Part shown: one piece after another, positions 1 to 11,367 of the stretch
Layout: every line of letters starts with the position of its first letter
Position numbering within the stretch: the first letter of the stretch is position 1
Assembly (NCBI GenBank): GCA_963754875.1
Contig: CAVWHO010000021.1
Span: 1-64,000 of the forward strand
Reading direction: 5' to 3'
Source of the DNA: Nitrospirota bacterium
GTDB taxonomy: Bacteria > Nitrospirota > UBA9217
DNA: 64,000 nucleotides
Made by a program: the position numbers and the translations under genes
The notes under the pieces: generated by a model
Databases searched by the model: none
The model's input: only the letters and a program-made list of their open reading frames with translations
Told to the model about the DNA's origin: nothing

Positions 1-1309
1 GCACTACAGGGATTTAAAGATATTTTGCCGGATGAGCAGCCTTACTGGCGTCTGGTCGAAAAGGTCGCGGTTGAGGTCGCGGAGACATTTGGGTATCGGC
101 GCATTGACACGCCGACGTTAGAGGAGACATCGCTGTACCGGCGGACCTCTGGCGAGGGTACAGATGTCGTGGAAAAAGAGATGTATAGTTTTAATGATCG
201 TCCAGACAAAGAGGGTAACAGCACGAACGTCACTCTGCGCTCTGAAGGTACAGCAGGCGTTGTGCGGGCTTACCTGGAGCATGGTATGTTCCAGTTAGCC
301 CAGCCGGTCAAGCTCTACTACTTGAGTGTACCTGTCTTTCGTCATGACAAGCCCCAGGCTGGCCGGTTGCGTGAACACCATCAGTTTGGTGTCGAAGTGT
401 TGGGGGACGGCGATCCGGCCATTGATGCTGAGGTGATTGGCCTGCTCTACCAGGTCTACACGCGCCTGGGTCTGAAAGGCGTGCGCGTGCGTCTGAACAG
501 TATTGGCGACGGCAATTGTCGTCCGCAGTACATCGAGACGCTCAAAGATTACTACCGTCCGCTGCTGGACGATTGTTGCGATGATTGCAAGGTGCGCTTT
601 GTCAAAAATCCTCTGCGTCTACTCGATTGCAAGGAGCCACGCGATCAGGCCAAAATCGCTGCCGCGCCCAGAATCTCGGATCATCTTTGCGATCCCTGTA
701 AAGAACACTTTGCGGCGGTGCAGCGTTTTGTCAAGCTCTACGGCGTGCCGCTGGAGCATGATCCGTTGATCGTGCGCGGACTCGACTATTACACGCGTAC
801 CGTCTTTGAGTTCACGCCCAGCAACGAAAATATCGCACTCAGTGGTGGTGGACGCTACGACGGGCTGGCCGAAATCCTGGGTGGCGCGCACACACCAGGC
901 TTCGGCTTTGGCGCGGGCATTGAGCGGATTATTCTGGAACTGAAAAAGCGTGACATTCAGCCCCAGGTAGAGGCGAAACCGCGTGCCTTTGTGGTCAGTT
1001 TTGGCAAAAGCGAGGAGTACCAGGGATGCCAGTGTCAGCCTGGTCGCGGAACTGCGTCAGGCCGGGATACGCGCCGAGATGAGTTATGGCGGGCGCAGCG
1101 GCAAGGCACAGATGAAGCAGGCCAATGCCTCTGGCGCGGCCTACGCCCTGTTGTTGGGAGATAACGAACTGGCTGGTGGCTTTGTCACCGTCAAAGATCT
1201 CCAGGCTGGCGGGATGGGTACTGAGAAAAAGCAAATTGAGGTGAAGCGCGTGGACCTCGTGGAATTTTTCTCGCGCGCGAGCGAGCCGGTAGGGCAAGGA
1301 AATACATAG
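1..1309 (+). CDS. hisS: Histidine--tRNA ligase, 5'-truncated by window edge, single-base frameshift near 1021
   Basis: GFKDILP, KEMYSF, LRSEGTAGVVR, RGLDYYT and GGGRYDGL motifs; the anticodon-binding domain (ELRQAGIRAE..KAQMKQAN..VTVKDL) continues in another frame after 1021. Confidence 0.95.
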
Positions 1310-1310
1310 T

Positions 1311-2111
1311 ATGGGAGAATTTCGCGATCAGCATTATCTTCTGAACAGTCAGTATAAAGATGCCACGAATTTCAGCGCGCGCGTCGCTTTGCACCGTCGC
1401 TTTAGTACCAACATTTATGACTGGCATCACTGGGTCTTCGATCAGTTGCAAATAGGCGAGAATAGCAGTGTGCTGGAACTGGGCTGTGGGCCGGGCTGGC
1501 TCTGGTCCAGTAATCGGCAGCGTATCCCGGCGAGCTGGCAGATTACCCTCTCTGATTTTTCGCCGGGTATGCTTCAGGAGACTCGCCAGCGGCTGGGGGA
1601 GCAGCGTTTTGCTTATCAGGTGATTGATGTGCAGGCCATTCCCTTTGCCGATGCCAGCTTCGATGCCGTCATAGCCAACCACATGCTCTATCACGTACCG
1701 GACCTACCGCGTGGATTGGCCGAGATCCGGCGCGTACTCAAGCCGCGTGGACATCTCTACGCCACAACTATTGGGCGCGAACACATGCACGAACTGGACG
1801 AACTTGTGCGTCGCGCGTGGCCGAGTGTCTCCTGGCCGGGTATAGGACAGCGTTTGCCCTTTGTGCTGGAGAACGGACAGGAACAGCTCGCTCCATTTTT
1901 TGCTTCCTGTGCGTTGCTCACCTACGAAGACGCGCTCGAAGTCACCGAAGTAGAGCCGCTGGTCGCGTATGCACTCTCAGCCAGCACTGGCTCGCGGCTG
2001 AATGCAGAGCAACAGATGCCGTTGCGACTCGCAATTCAGCAAGAACTGGCAGCGTATGGAACAATTCATATTACTAAAGCATCGGGGATGTTTGTCGCGG
2101 GAAGGATGTAG
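1311..2111 (+). CDS. Class I SAM-dependent methyltransferase
   Basis: VLELGCGPG motif I; FADASFDAVIANHMLYHVPD..RVLKPRG. Confidence 0.9.
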   Translation: MGEFRDQHYLLNSQYKDATNFSARVALHRRFSTNIYDWHHWVFDQLQIGENSSVLELGCGPGWLWSSNRQRIPASWQITLSDFSPGMLQETRQRLGEQRFAYQVIDVQAIPFADASFDAVIANHMLYHVPDLPRGLAEIRRVLKPRGHLYATTIGREHMHELDELVRRAWPSVSWPGIGQRLPFVLENGQEQLAPFFASCALLTYEDALEVTEVEPLVAYALSASTGSRLNAEQQMPLRLAIQQELAAYGTIHITKASGMFVAGRM

Positions 2112-2170
2112 ATGACGGATGTAGCGGGAATATTTGGTGTGGCGAGGAATATGTAGTGTATTTGTGACGA

Positions 2171-2198
2171 GTGGAGGATGTGTGGAGGATGTGTGGAG
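2171..2198. repeat. 11-bp tandem repeat (GTGGAGGATGT x2.5)
   Basis: Read directly in the intergenic region between convergent genes. Confidence 0.7.
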
Positions 2199-2270
2199 AC
2201 GGAGGCAAGCTCCGTCTCGATTTTATGATGTATAGCCTGTATTACCCCATCGTATTATCAGCTATATTTC

Positions 2271-2931
2271 CTATTGTACTACCAGCACATCCAGGGTGCG
2301 CGGGCCGTGAACACCCTCGACGCGGTTTAGCTCGATGTCTGAGGTCGCGGAGGGGCCGGAGACAAAGGTGAGGGGTCTGTGGTGCAGCCTGACCGCATCA
2401 GCTCAAACGGGTAATAGCTTCGGGTACCAGGTCCACGATCTGCTCCTCGTGAATGATGCAGAGATGATAATCGGGTAGCAGGGTTAGCACGCGGCGACCT
2501 TGAGCAAGGCCGCCGTCCAGTACAAGCGTACCCGTTTGAGCAATACCCAGCGCGCAGCCTGTCAGCACGCCATCGCTGGTATCCAGTTGCTCATTGCTCA
2601 GAGGCGGATCATCGCGCAACAGTTCAACCTGTGCAGGGAGCCAGGAAGCAGGCAGGTCAGCCGGAACGACCAGGCGATGTATGCCTCGTTCGGTGCAGGT
2701 TGAGGCAATTGCCTGGGAGAGCGTAGCCGCTTCCACGCGTTGAACATGGACCTTGTAGTCAGCTACTCGCTCGATAAAGCGGTCAATCATCTCCGTGTGC
2801 TCAGCCGTTCCGCTGTGGAGATAGGTGCGCGCAACCGTAACCGTCTCTGGTTGCTCGTTTGTCGGAACATCCTGGAGTGCTTCGCGGATACGGCCCAGGA
2901 CTGCCTCGCGCGCGTTTGTTCTGCTATTCAC
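2271..2931 (-). CDS. lutC: Lactate utilization protein C (LUD domain), frameshift near 2403
   Basis: GTG start overlaps the lutB stop; [23 protein letters not shown]; after the shift [34 protein letters not shown]. Confidence 0.88.
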
Positions 2932-3455
2932 GCCTGCTTCTCCTCGCCGGTCTGTTTTGTCTCGCGTTCGCGCCACCACTCGCGAAAACTCTGGGCAGGT
3001 ACCGCCGGTATATCGCGCATAAGTGTCCAATTGCCTAATTCGCCAGGGAGCCACTCGATGAAATCGCCATGTTTCAGGGGTAACTGGCCGAGTTGAGCCA
3101 GCTTCTGAGCCTGCTCGTAGCGGGCGCGATTCGCAAACGTGCTTCGCGATTATCCGCATCGCGATGGCTTCGGGATTTGCGCGGTCGCGCAGGCGGCGAC
3201 TGCGCTGCTTCTGGCGGACCGCTCGTCCGCGTAAATAGATCAGGATTTGGGGAATATTGATTTTCACCGGACAGACATCGTAGCAAGCACCACAGAGCGA
3301 CGAAGCATACGGCAGCGTACTGGCCTGCTCGATGCCCAGCAATTGAGGCGTCAAAATCGCCCCGATCGGGCCGGGATAGACAGAACTGTACGCGTGTCCT
3401 CCTGTGCGCTCGTAGACCGGACAGATATTCAGACAGGCGCTACAGCGGATGCACG
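2928..3455 (-). CDS. lutB: Lactate utilization Fe-S protein B, C-terminal part only (contig break), frameshift near 3144
   Basis: [46 protein letters not shown], ending SFREWWRER. Confidence 0.88.
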
Positions 3456-4337
3456 AGTGTGGAGTTGTTTACCCGCTATTTGGAACAGCGGCACGGCCGG
3501 CTGGATATCCTGATCAACAACGCGGCCCAGACCGTAAAACGGCCTGTTGGTTTTTATGCTCATCTCATAGAAAACGAAAAAAACGGACTGAGCGCACTGT
3601 CCCCTGACGCACACAAGCTTCTTCTTGACCACGATACCTGTAAACAACAGCTTGTTTCGATTGGCACGACTTCGTCCAACCAGGAATTCGCCCTTGCAGC
3701 CTCATGGCAGGACCGAGGCCCCGGCATTGGCCTCCGGGAATCGGCTCAATTATCACAGCTTTCTTACGGTAAGGATGATTCTCTGGTTTCCGAGGAACTG
3801 TTCCCGAAAGGCAAACTTGACTGCGACCTGCAGCAGGTGGATCTGCGGAAGACGAACAGTTGGCGGTTACGGATGGGCGAGATACCTGCCATGGAAATGC
3901 TCGAAGTGCAGCTGGTGAATGCCGTGGCGCCCTTTGTGCTGTGCAACAGGCTGGTGTCCCTTATGCGACGGGATTACACCGGACAGAAACATATCGTGAA
4001 CGTGACGGCCATGGAAGGAAAGTTCTTCAGGTTCAGGAAGGACGACCGGCACCCGCATACGAACATGGCGAAAGCGGCCCTGAACATGATGACCCATACG
4101 TCAGCAGAGGACCTTGCCAAAGACGGCATTTATATGAATGCGGTGGATACCGGCTGGGTCACTGATGAAGACCCGGCTGAGCTTTCCCAATTCAAACAGA
4201 AGGTCCATGACTTCCAGCCTCCCCTTGATATCGTCGATGGGGCCGCCAGGGTCTGCGATCCTTTCTTCGACGGCATCCTGACAGGCAAACACTGGTGCGG
4301 GAAATTTCTCAAGGACTATTTTCCGATTGAATGGTAG
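3456..4337 (+). CDS. SDR-family oxidoreductase, C-terminal part (5' end missing at contig break)
   Basis: [50 protein letters not shown]; no N-terminal Rossmann GxxxGxG. Confidence 0.85.
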   Translation, partial: SVELFTRYLEQRHGRLDILINNAAQTVKRPVGFYAHLIENEKNGLSALSPDAHKLLLDHDTCKQQLVSIGTTSSNQEFALAASWQDRGPGIGLRESAQLSQLSYGKDDSLVSEELFPKGKLDCDLQQVDLRKTNSWRLRMGEIPAMEMLEVQLVNAVAPFVLCNRLVSLMRRDYTGQKHIVNVTAMEGKFFRFRKDDRHPHTNMAKAALNMMTHTSAEDLAKDGIYMNAVDTGWVTDEDPAELSQFKQKVHDFQPPLDIVDGAARVCDPFFDGILTGKHWCGKFLKDYFPIEW

Positions 4338-4513
4338 GTGTTCACCACTGAGTAGAAGCGTCAATCGCTTGTCGGGAATCATGTTGCCGTACAACGGGCT
4401 GGGGAGATACGATTCGGACAAGCCGTGAAGGACTGAAGCTCCTCTGCTTAAGAAGCGATTTCGACTTTAAGTTACGAAACCATCAGGTGACTTACGACTA
4501 GCTTCATCTCCTC

Positions 4514-5160
4514 TTACATTCCCCTCTCCTTCTGCATCTTTTCCACGAGCCCGATAATCATCTGCTGTGCCGCTTCAAAACCGGCAGCAGCCGCATCGAT
4601 GGAGAGGTGATAATTCCTCGCATCGTACCGGTCGGTGCCGGTCATGGTTTTGAGGAATTTTTCCCTCTGGTGGTCGGAATCCGTTATTTCTTCCGTGCCT
4701 GTTCTGCTGAAACATCGTGAAACTTCTGAAACCGTTTGATGCGAAAATCCATAGGCGCGTGGATAAATACGTTCACTACGTTCGGTCGTCCGCGAAGCAT
4801 GAAATATCCGCCGCGGCCGACAATGACCGCATTATACTGGTCCGCAATCGCCGTGATGATCTTTGATTCCGCTTCGAAGAGTTCCTGATCATAGACAGGC
4901 CGCCTTGAGGGAGGAACGTAGGCCGCTTCGGGTGTGCCGAAGACAAAGCTTTTCATGAGATTTTCAACAAAACCCGCGTGGCGTTCATCGAGTTTGGAAA
5001 GGTCGGAGATGTCAACGCCCAGTTCCTTGGCCGCGGCATGCAGAATTTCACGTTCAACGTATTTGTAACCGAGCTTTTGGGCAAGCAGATGGCCGATGTA
5101 AGCGCCGCCGCTCGCCATTTGGCGTGAAATGGTGATCACGATCGTTTGTTGTACTGGCAT
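4514..5160 (-). CDS. Cytidylate kinase-like family protein, frameshift near 4693
   Basis: VITISRQMASGG P-loop-like, VIVGRGG, VFIHAP; the other frame continues DSDHQREKF..DARNYHLSID to TAA at 4514. Confidence 0.85.
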
Positions 5161-5428
5161 GATCTTCTCCTGAAAAGAAACAGACCTTGATGGTAAACGT
5201 TTTGCACAATGAGGCAAGAATGAGTGGCTTACAGAAAACCTAAAACTGTAAGGGGAAAGGGGGAATTAAAATGCGAAAGGGGGAAAACAAACCATTCAAA
5301 AAGTCTTTTCCCCCATTTCCCCGTTTTTTTCTCCATTTCTCCAATAAAGGTTTTCGCGGAATTAAGATCAACCAATTCGATCAACTCTATTACGACAATG
5401 CCAAACAGTACTTGTGATTTAAAAGGCC

Positions 5429-6982
5429 TTACTCCGCGATGATCTCTTCAATACCTTCCTGTTTTTTATTCGATTTTAACAGAAAGATGAAGGGCATTGA
5501 AATAATGAACAGCACCGTCACGAGCAGAAACATATGATTGTACGCCATCATGCCGGCCTGCCGCGTCAGTTCCCCGTCCATGAGCGTTAACGCCATTTGT
5601 TTGCCTGTTGCCGGATCGGCTCCTTGCGCCTGCATGCCTCCGGACAGGGACTGCATCCACGCCGAGGTGGCAGAGCTGTAATCAGTCACCTTCTCTGCGA
5701 GGAGTGCATGGTAGGTGGTTTCGGATTTCGTAAGCTGCGATGCGGCTACAGCGATGCCGATGCTGCCGAAGACTTGCCGGACAACGTTGTAGAGACCGGC
5801 AGCCGCCGTGAGACTGCTTCTTTCAACCGTTGAGAGTGCCGCGGTGCTCAAAGCCACGAAGATCATGCCGAATCCCGCTCCTTGCAACAGCTGCGGGAAG
5901 AACACATCGAAATATCCCATGCTCAGGGATAATCGTGATAACTGGTAAAAAGACACGGCAGTTATAATAAGCCCAGTCCCGATCAGGATACGCGGACCTA
6001 ATCTGTTGTATAATTTCCCGCCCAACGGCATGGCAATGGCCATGGCAATGCTTCTCGGCATCTGGATGAACCCGGAATCCAATGCAGGGTAACCCAGGAG
6101 CTGCTGGAGGAACATGGGTAACAGGAAGAGGCTGCCCATGAGCCCCATGCCGAGGAAGCCTCCGATGAGCGACCCTGAGGCGAAGTTCACGTCTTTCAGG
6201 ATCCTGAGGTCAACAGCCGGCCTGTTGCACGTGAGTTCGCGCCAGATGAAGAGAATGATCCCGGCTACGGAAGCAATCATGAGGTAACGGATCATTCCCG
6301 ATTCAAACCATGCTTCCCGCTCTCCTTTTTCAAGCAGGATCTGGAGCGCACCGAGGCCGACCATCATATAGATAAGACCGAGGAAATCAATCTTGCCTTT
6401 TTCACGCACAAGGTAGTGAGGGTCTTTAATGAAGCGCATGACCATGAGCACGTTGATGATCCCGATCGGCACGTTGATGTAGAAAATCCAGGGCCAGGAA
6501 TAATGGTCTGTAAGCCATCCGCCGATGGTCGGCCCGAAGGCAGGCCCCAGAACGACGCCGAAGCCGTAGAGACCCATGGCCATGCCCTGCTCTTCCGGAG
6601 GAAAGGTCTCTCGCAGGATCGCTTGGGACACGGGGATCATCGCGCCGCCGCCGATGCCCTGGATCACGCGGAAGATGACCATGGACGTGAGGTCCCAGGC
6701 CATGCCGCAGAGCATGGAGCTGAGCGTGAAGCCGACGATGCTAATGAGGTAGAATTTCTTGCGTCCGTAACGCGCGGAGAGCATGCCCACGATCGGCATG
6801 ATGATCACGTTCGAAAGGATGTATCCCGTGGCGACCCAGGTGATTTCCTCGATGGTGGCGCTCAAGCTGCCACGCATGTAGGGCAGCGCAACGTTCACGA
6901 TGCTCGAATCGAGGGCGCTCATGATCGTGCCGATCATCACGGTGATGGTGATGATCCATTTATCGGCTTTCGATGAGGTCAT
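5429..6982 (-). CDS. emrB: DHA2 (EmrB/QacA) MFS efflux permease
   Basis: ALDSSIVNVALP, RVIQGIGGG, GPTIGGWL, WPWIFYINVPIG; about 14 TM segments. Confidence 0.92.
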   Translation of the reverse strand: MTSSKADKWIITITVMIGTIMSALDSSIVNVALPYMRGSLSATIEEITWVATGYILSNVIIMPIVGMLSARYGRKKFYLISIVGFTLSSMLCGMAWDLTSMVIFRVIQGIGGGAMIPVSQAILRETFPPEEQGMAMGLYGFGVVLGPAFGPTIGGWLTDHYSWPWIFYINVPIGIINVLMVMRFIKDPHYLVREKGKIDFLGLIYMMVGLGALQILLEKGEREAWFESGMIRYLMIASVAGIILFIWRELTCNRPAVDLRILKDVNFASGSLIGGFLGMGLMGSLFLLPMFLQQLLGYPALDSGFIQMPRSIAMAIAMPLGGKLYNRLGPRILIGTGLIITAVSFYQLSRLSLSMGYFDVFFPQLLQGAGFGMIFVALSTAALSTVERSSLTAAAGLYNVVRQVFGSIGIAVAASQLTKSETTYHALLAEKVTDYSSATSAWMQSLSGGMQAQGADPATGKQMALTLMDGELTRQAGMMAYNHMFLLVTVLFIISMPFIFLLKSNKKQEGIEEIIAE

Positions 6983-7015
6983 AATTGTTTCCCGTAACAA
7001 CGATAGGCAGGAATA

Positions 7016-8131
7016 TCAACGGGCCTTTTCGGATGTGGCTACCGAAGGATAGACCGAAAGTCCGGGCCACAGGGGATGGGCGGGATCGGGCTTCGAATCG
7101 ATCAGGATCTTGACTGGTACGCGCTGAACGACCTTTACGAAATTGCCCGTCGCATTCTGCGGAGGTAGAAGGCTGAATACCGCGCCCGTGCCTGGCTGAA
7201 AGCTGTCGACATGCCCCTTGAAGGCAACACCCGGATAGGCGTCTACGGCGATGTCTACTGCCTCTCCGGTCTTCATGTGCGTGATCTGGGTTTCTTTGAA
7301 GTTTGCGACGATCCAGAGGTTGCTGTCATCCACGATGGACATGAGCGGCTGGCCCTGCTGGATGTATTTTCCTGCGTCCACGTTCTTCTTGGCGATCCTG
7401 CCCGCTACGGGCGCCGTAACAACGGTCCTGCTGAGGTCAAGCTTTGCAAGCCCGGCTGTTGCCTCTGCTTCCTTGATCTTGTAGGCCTGGGTCGTAAGCT
7501 GGGCATTCAAGGCCTCGATCGCAGCCTCGGTTTCGGCCACCGCTGCTCGTGCCGCTTCCCTGCGCGCCGAGGAAGCCTTGAATCGCGCCTCAGCCCGGTC
7601 GAACTGGCTCTGGGAAATGACCTCTTTTTTGCGCAGATCCGTGGCCCGCTGAAGGTCCTTTGCCGCAAGGGCCGCGTCGGTGCTGGCGGCATCCATGTCC
7701 GCACGGACCCGCGCCAACCCCATAATTTTTGCTTTAATGGTCGCCTTCAGTTCCTGTTTTTCCGCGCCAAAACGGGCAAGCGAGCTTTCTTTTGTCTGGA
7801 CAACACGCGAAAAATCTTCCTGGAACACTTCGAGCAGAACGTCCCCCTTCTTCACATACTGGTTGTCGTCGACGAGTACTTTTGTTACCTGTCCTTTGAC
7901 TTCGGAACTGATCGGCACGACCACGCCTTCCAGGAACGCATCGTCCGTGCTTTCATGGGTCAATGCGTACGATACTTTATGAAAAGCATACACCGCGCTT
8001 ATTGCCAGAACAATAACGACGGCAATCCGGATTCCCCATGTTCGCAGCCACACCTGATACGCCGGGACTGATTCGTTTTCGATAGTTATACGCCCTTCCA
8101 TACTGATACTCACGACCTCCTGCTTGTTCAT
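7016..8131 (-). CDS. emrA: HlyD/EmrA membrane fusion protein
   Basis: ESTDDAF, ANFKETQI, FSLLPPQNATGNFVKVVQRVPVKI. Confidence 0.93.
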   Translation of the reverse strand: MNKQEVVSISMEGRITIENESVPAYQVWLRTWGIRIAVVIVLAISAVYAFHKVSYALTHESTDDAFLEGVVVPISSEVKGQVTKVLVDDNQYVKKGDVLLEVFQEDFSRVVQTKESSLARFGAEKQELKATIKAKIMGLARVRADMDAASTDAALAAKDLQRATDLRKKEVISQSQFDRAEARFKASSARREAARAAVAETEAAIEALNAQLTTQAYKIKEAEATAGLAKLDLSRTVVTAPVAGRIAKKNVDAGKYIQQGQPLMSIVDDSNLWIVANFKETQITHMKTGEAVDIAVDAYPGVAFKGHVDSFQPGTGAVFSLLPPQNATGNFVKVVQRVPVKILIDSKPDPAHPLWPGLSVYPSVATSEKAR

Positions 8132-8259
8132 TATTTAATATTTGTGACTTCGTCAATAAGCGAGTGGAACCATAGGCTGGGGTGGTAATGACGTTTTATA
8201 TATTCTCTCACTATTCAAGTTCCGGTGGTTCTAACTCAACGTACATGGCTGGCAAAAAA

Positions 8260-9489
8260 CTACTCATACCGCAGCGCATCAATCGGGTTCAGCAGCGAAG
8301 CCTTGTAAGCCGGGTAAAAACCAAAAAAAATCCCGATGAATCCTGAAAAACCGAATGCTAGTAAAATTGAAAGCACGGATACGACCGTTGGCCAGCCGGA
8401 GACGGAAGAGAGAATCACTGCAGTAGAAACGCCGACAATGATGCCGATGACACCGCCGATCAGAGACAGCGAAAGTGCCTCGATGATGAATTGGAGTCTG
8501 ATGTCCCAGGTTTTGGCTCCGATGGCCATGCGAATGCCGATCTCACGCGTGCGCTCGGTCACCGACACGAGCATGATGTTCATAATGCCGATGCCGCCGA
8601 CCAGAAGCGAGACGGATGCGATCGCTCCGAGCAGAAGCGTCATGACTTTTGTGGATTGTTCCGCGGCCTGCATGATCTGGGTGAGGTTCCTGACCGTGAA
8701 GTCGTTTTCCTGTTTTTGGGCCATGTGATGCCGTTGCCTTAAAAGCTCGTTTATCTGCTGCTCGGCCGAAGCGAGGTCCGGGGCGCTCTTTGCCTTGACC
8801 AGGATGATTCGGACCATGCCGGGGAACTGGGCCCCGAAAAGCTTCTTCTGTGCCGTCGTGACCGGAATGAGGACTGTGTCGTCCTGGTCCTGCCCTTGGG
8901 CAGACTGCCCCTTGGGAGTCAGCAGACCAATCACGATAAAGGGAACGTTCTTGATCCTGATAGTCTGGCCCACGGGGTTCTGGTCCCCGAAGAGATTATA
9001 TGCAACGGTCTGGCCGAGCAGGGCCACCTTGGTCGCGCTCTTTACGTCCTGTTGCGTGAATGATCTGCCGGAAGAGAGGTCCCAATCCCTCACGTTCAGA
9101 TAACCCGGCGTTGTCCCGTTCACGCCGGTAGACCAGTTCATATGGCCGACCACGATTTGCCCCACGCCGCCCAGCATGGGGGCGTCATCCTCCACAGAGG
9201 GGCATTCTTTGATAATGGCTTCTGCGTCGCCCAAGGACAACGTGGGTTGCGAGCCCGCACCCATCCTGACGCCGCCGGACGTCGTCGATCCGGGCAGAAT
9301 AATGAGAAGATTGCTCCCCATGCTCGATATTTGCGCGGCAATCTTCTGGCTCGCGCCGGCGCCCACGGCAACCATGGCAATCACGGCCCCCACGCCGATG
9401 ATGATGCCCAGCATGGTCAAGGCCGAACGCATTTTGTTCACCCGGAGGGCACGGAATGATATTTTGAATGTTGAAGGGATATTGATCAT
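8260..9489 (-). CDS. MacB-type ABC transporter permease
   Basis: RSALTMLGIIIGV, GGIGIMNIMLVSVTERTREIGIRMAIGA, PIDALRYE. Confidence 0.93.
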   Translation of the reverse strand: MINIPSTFKISFRALRVNKMRSALTMLGIIIGVGAVIAMVAVGAGASQKIAAQISSMGSNLLIILPGSTTSGGVRMGAGSQPTLSLGDAEAIIKECPSVEDDAPMLGGVGQIVVGHMNWSTGVNGTTPGYLNVRDWDLSSGRSFTQQDVKSATKVALLGQTVAYNLFGDQNPVGQTIRIKNVPFIVIGLLTPKGQSAQGQDQDDTVLIPVTTAQKKLFGAQFPGMVRIILVKAKSAPDLASAEQQINELLRQRHHMAQKQENDFTVRNLTQIMQAAEQSTKVMTLLLGAIASVSLLVGGIGIMNIMLVSVTERTREIGIRMAIGAKTWDIRLQFIIEALSLSLIGGVIGIIVGVSTAVILSSVSGWPTVVSVLSILLAFGFSGFIGIFFGFYPAYKASLLNPIDALRYE

Positions 9490-10175
9490 TTTTTCACCGC
9501 TTCATCGCTCATAATATGACCGTCCAAAAAACGTATGATCCGTTTGCTGAATGCTGCGATGTCGGGTTCGTGGGTGACCAGTATGACCGTTATACGGGAT
9601 TCCCGGTTCAACCTCACAAAAAGTTCCATGATCTCGACACTCGTCTTCGTGTCGAGATTTCCCGTGGGTTCGTCCGCGAGGATGATCGGAGCATCGTTTA
9701 CGAGAGCCCGGGCAATGGCGACCCGCTGCTGCTGGCCGCCGGAGAGCTGATTCGGGTGGTGGTCTTCCCTGCCTTCGAGTCCCACGCTCTTCAGGGCGTT
9801 CCGCGCCCGCTCCTTGCGTTCATGGACCGACACGCCGTTGTACAGCATAGGAAGCTCCACGTTCTCAATGGCCGACGTGCGGGACAGAAGATTGAATCCC
9901 TGAAACACGAAACCGAGCTTTTTATTCCGTATGTCGGCAAGGTCGTCACGGGAAAGTTTTCCGGTATCGACACCGTCCAGAAGATAATGGCCGGTGGTCG
10001 GTGTATCAAGGCAACCGAGCACGTTCATGAACGTCGATTTACCGGACCCTGAATGTCCCATGATGGCGACGAACTCGCCATTTTCTATGGTCGTCGAAAT
10101 GTCGTCGAGCGCCCTCACCTCGACGTCGCCGAGATTGTACACCTTACTCAGTTTCTGTGCCTCGATAAGCGCCAT
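9486..10175 (-). CDS. MacB/LolD-type ABC ATP-binding protein
   Basis: GHSGSGKST, LSGGQQQRVAIARAL, ILADEPTGNLD. Confidence 0.95.
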   Translation of the reverse strand: MALIEAQKLSKVYNLGDVEVRALDDISTTIENGEFVAIMGHSGSGKSTFMNVLGCLDTPTTGHYLLDGVDTGKLSRDDLADIRNKKLGFVFQGFNLLSRTSAIENVELPMLYNGVSVHERKERARNALKSVGLEGREDHHPNQLSGGQQQRVAIARALVNDAPIILADEPTGNLDTKTSVEIMELFVRLNRESRITVILVTHEPDIAAFSKRIIRFLDGHIMSDEAVKK

Positions 10176-10176
10176 C

Positions 10177-11367
10177 TTAGAACATCCTCGGTCCTGATGG
10201 GGATTGCGACTTATTCTTTTTCAGCGCCTCAACAATGACGCTCTGCCCCTCTTTGAGGTCGCTGGACACGATTTCCGTGTATACTCCATCGCTGATGCCG
10301 GGCGTGATGACCACACGCCGAGGCTTGCCGTTCTCGAGAATCCAGACCGAGGGCCCCTTCTTTTCCCCAGTGCCGACCGCTGCACCGCCAGCCGTCGCGG
10401 GGCGTTCTGACATCCGGAACCGCATAGCAGCATTCGTAATCCTGATAACGTCATTCCGCGTTTGAATGACGATCGAGACGTTCGCCGTCATGCCCGGCAT
10501 AAGTTTCAAATCCTTGTTGTTCACCTGGATTACGACATCGTAGGTCACGACATTCTGCACAGTTATGGGAGCCTGTCTGATCTGCCACACTTTGCCCTCG
10601 AACGTTGTGTCGGGATAGGCGTCGACGGTAAAATCCACTTTCTGTCCGAGTTTGATCACGCCGATGTCAGACTCGGCAACGTTCGTGTCAATCTGCATCT
10701 TCGTAAGGTCCTGGGCGATCGTAAAAAGTGTCGGCGTCTGGAAGCTCGCAGCCACAGTTTGCCCTACATCCACGTTGCGGGAAATGACGACACCGTCCAC
10801 GGGCGAAATGATCTTGGTGTAGGCGAGGTTCTGCTTCGAGTAATCGAGCGATGCTTTTGCCTGCTCGACCTGGGCCTTGGACACCTCCACCTGGGCCTTA
10901 TCGGTCTGGTAGTTCGTCTCCGCAGTGTCCAGATCGCTTCTCGGAATCAGATTTTTTGCGAACAGCTCTTTGTTCCGGTCGAAGGTCCTTTTTCCGTCTA
11001 CCAACGTGGCGTCGGCCTTTTGGAGGCTCGCCTGCGCGGAAAGTAAATTCGCCTGCGCCTGCTGGACCTGGGCCTCGAAGGTAGACGGGTCGATCTGAGC
11101 GATTATCTGTCCCTTCTTCACCCGGGAATTGAAGTCTACATAGAGGGTTTTGATCGTCCCCGACACCTGCGTGCCGACCTGGACTGTTGTCACGGCATTG
11201 ACCGTCCCGGTTGCCGTCACCGCTTGCTCGATGTTACCCAGCGTGACCGGATCAGTCCGGTATGCAGGGCCATCGCCCTTGCAGCCAGTGAGGAGAACAA
11301 CTATCATGCTGATAATTGATAGACCACGAGAAACCGTCACGCTTATTTTTTTGCTCATTATGCTCAT
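10177..11367 (-). CDS. MacA-like periplasmic adaptor (possible lipoprotein)
   Basis: LLTGC lipobox-like; VGTQVSG, GQTVAASFQTPTLF, FTVDAYP. Confidence 0.9.
   Translation of the reverse strand: MSIMSKKISVTVSRGLSIISMIVVLLTGCKGDGPAYRTDPVTLGNIEQAVTATGTVNAVTTVQVGTQVSGTIKTLYVDFNSRVKKGQIIAQIDPSTFEAQVQQAQANLLSAQASLQKADATLVDGKRTFDRNKELFAKNLIPRSDLDTAETNYQTDKAQVEVSKAQVEQAKASLDYSKQNLAYTKIISPVDGVVISRNVDVGQTVAASFQTPTLFTIAQDLTKMQIDTNVAESDIGVIKLGQKVDFTVDAYPDTTFEGKVWQIRQAPITVQNVVTYDVVIQVNNKDLKLMPGMTANVSIVIQTRNDVIRITNAAMRFRMSERPATAGGAAVGTGEKKGPSVWILENGKPRRVVITPGISDGVYTEIVSSDLKEGQSVIVEALKKNKSQSPSGPRMF

Noticed and set aside
2111..2200. CRISPR-like repeats
   Set aside because: Only a spacer-less 11-bp tandem repeat; no cas genes.
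2398..3354. LutB-LutC fusion protein in the ORF track
   Set aside because: Artefact of the frameshift near 3144; the corrected lutB stops at 2928 and overlaps the lutC start.
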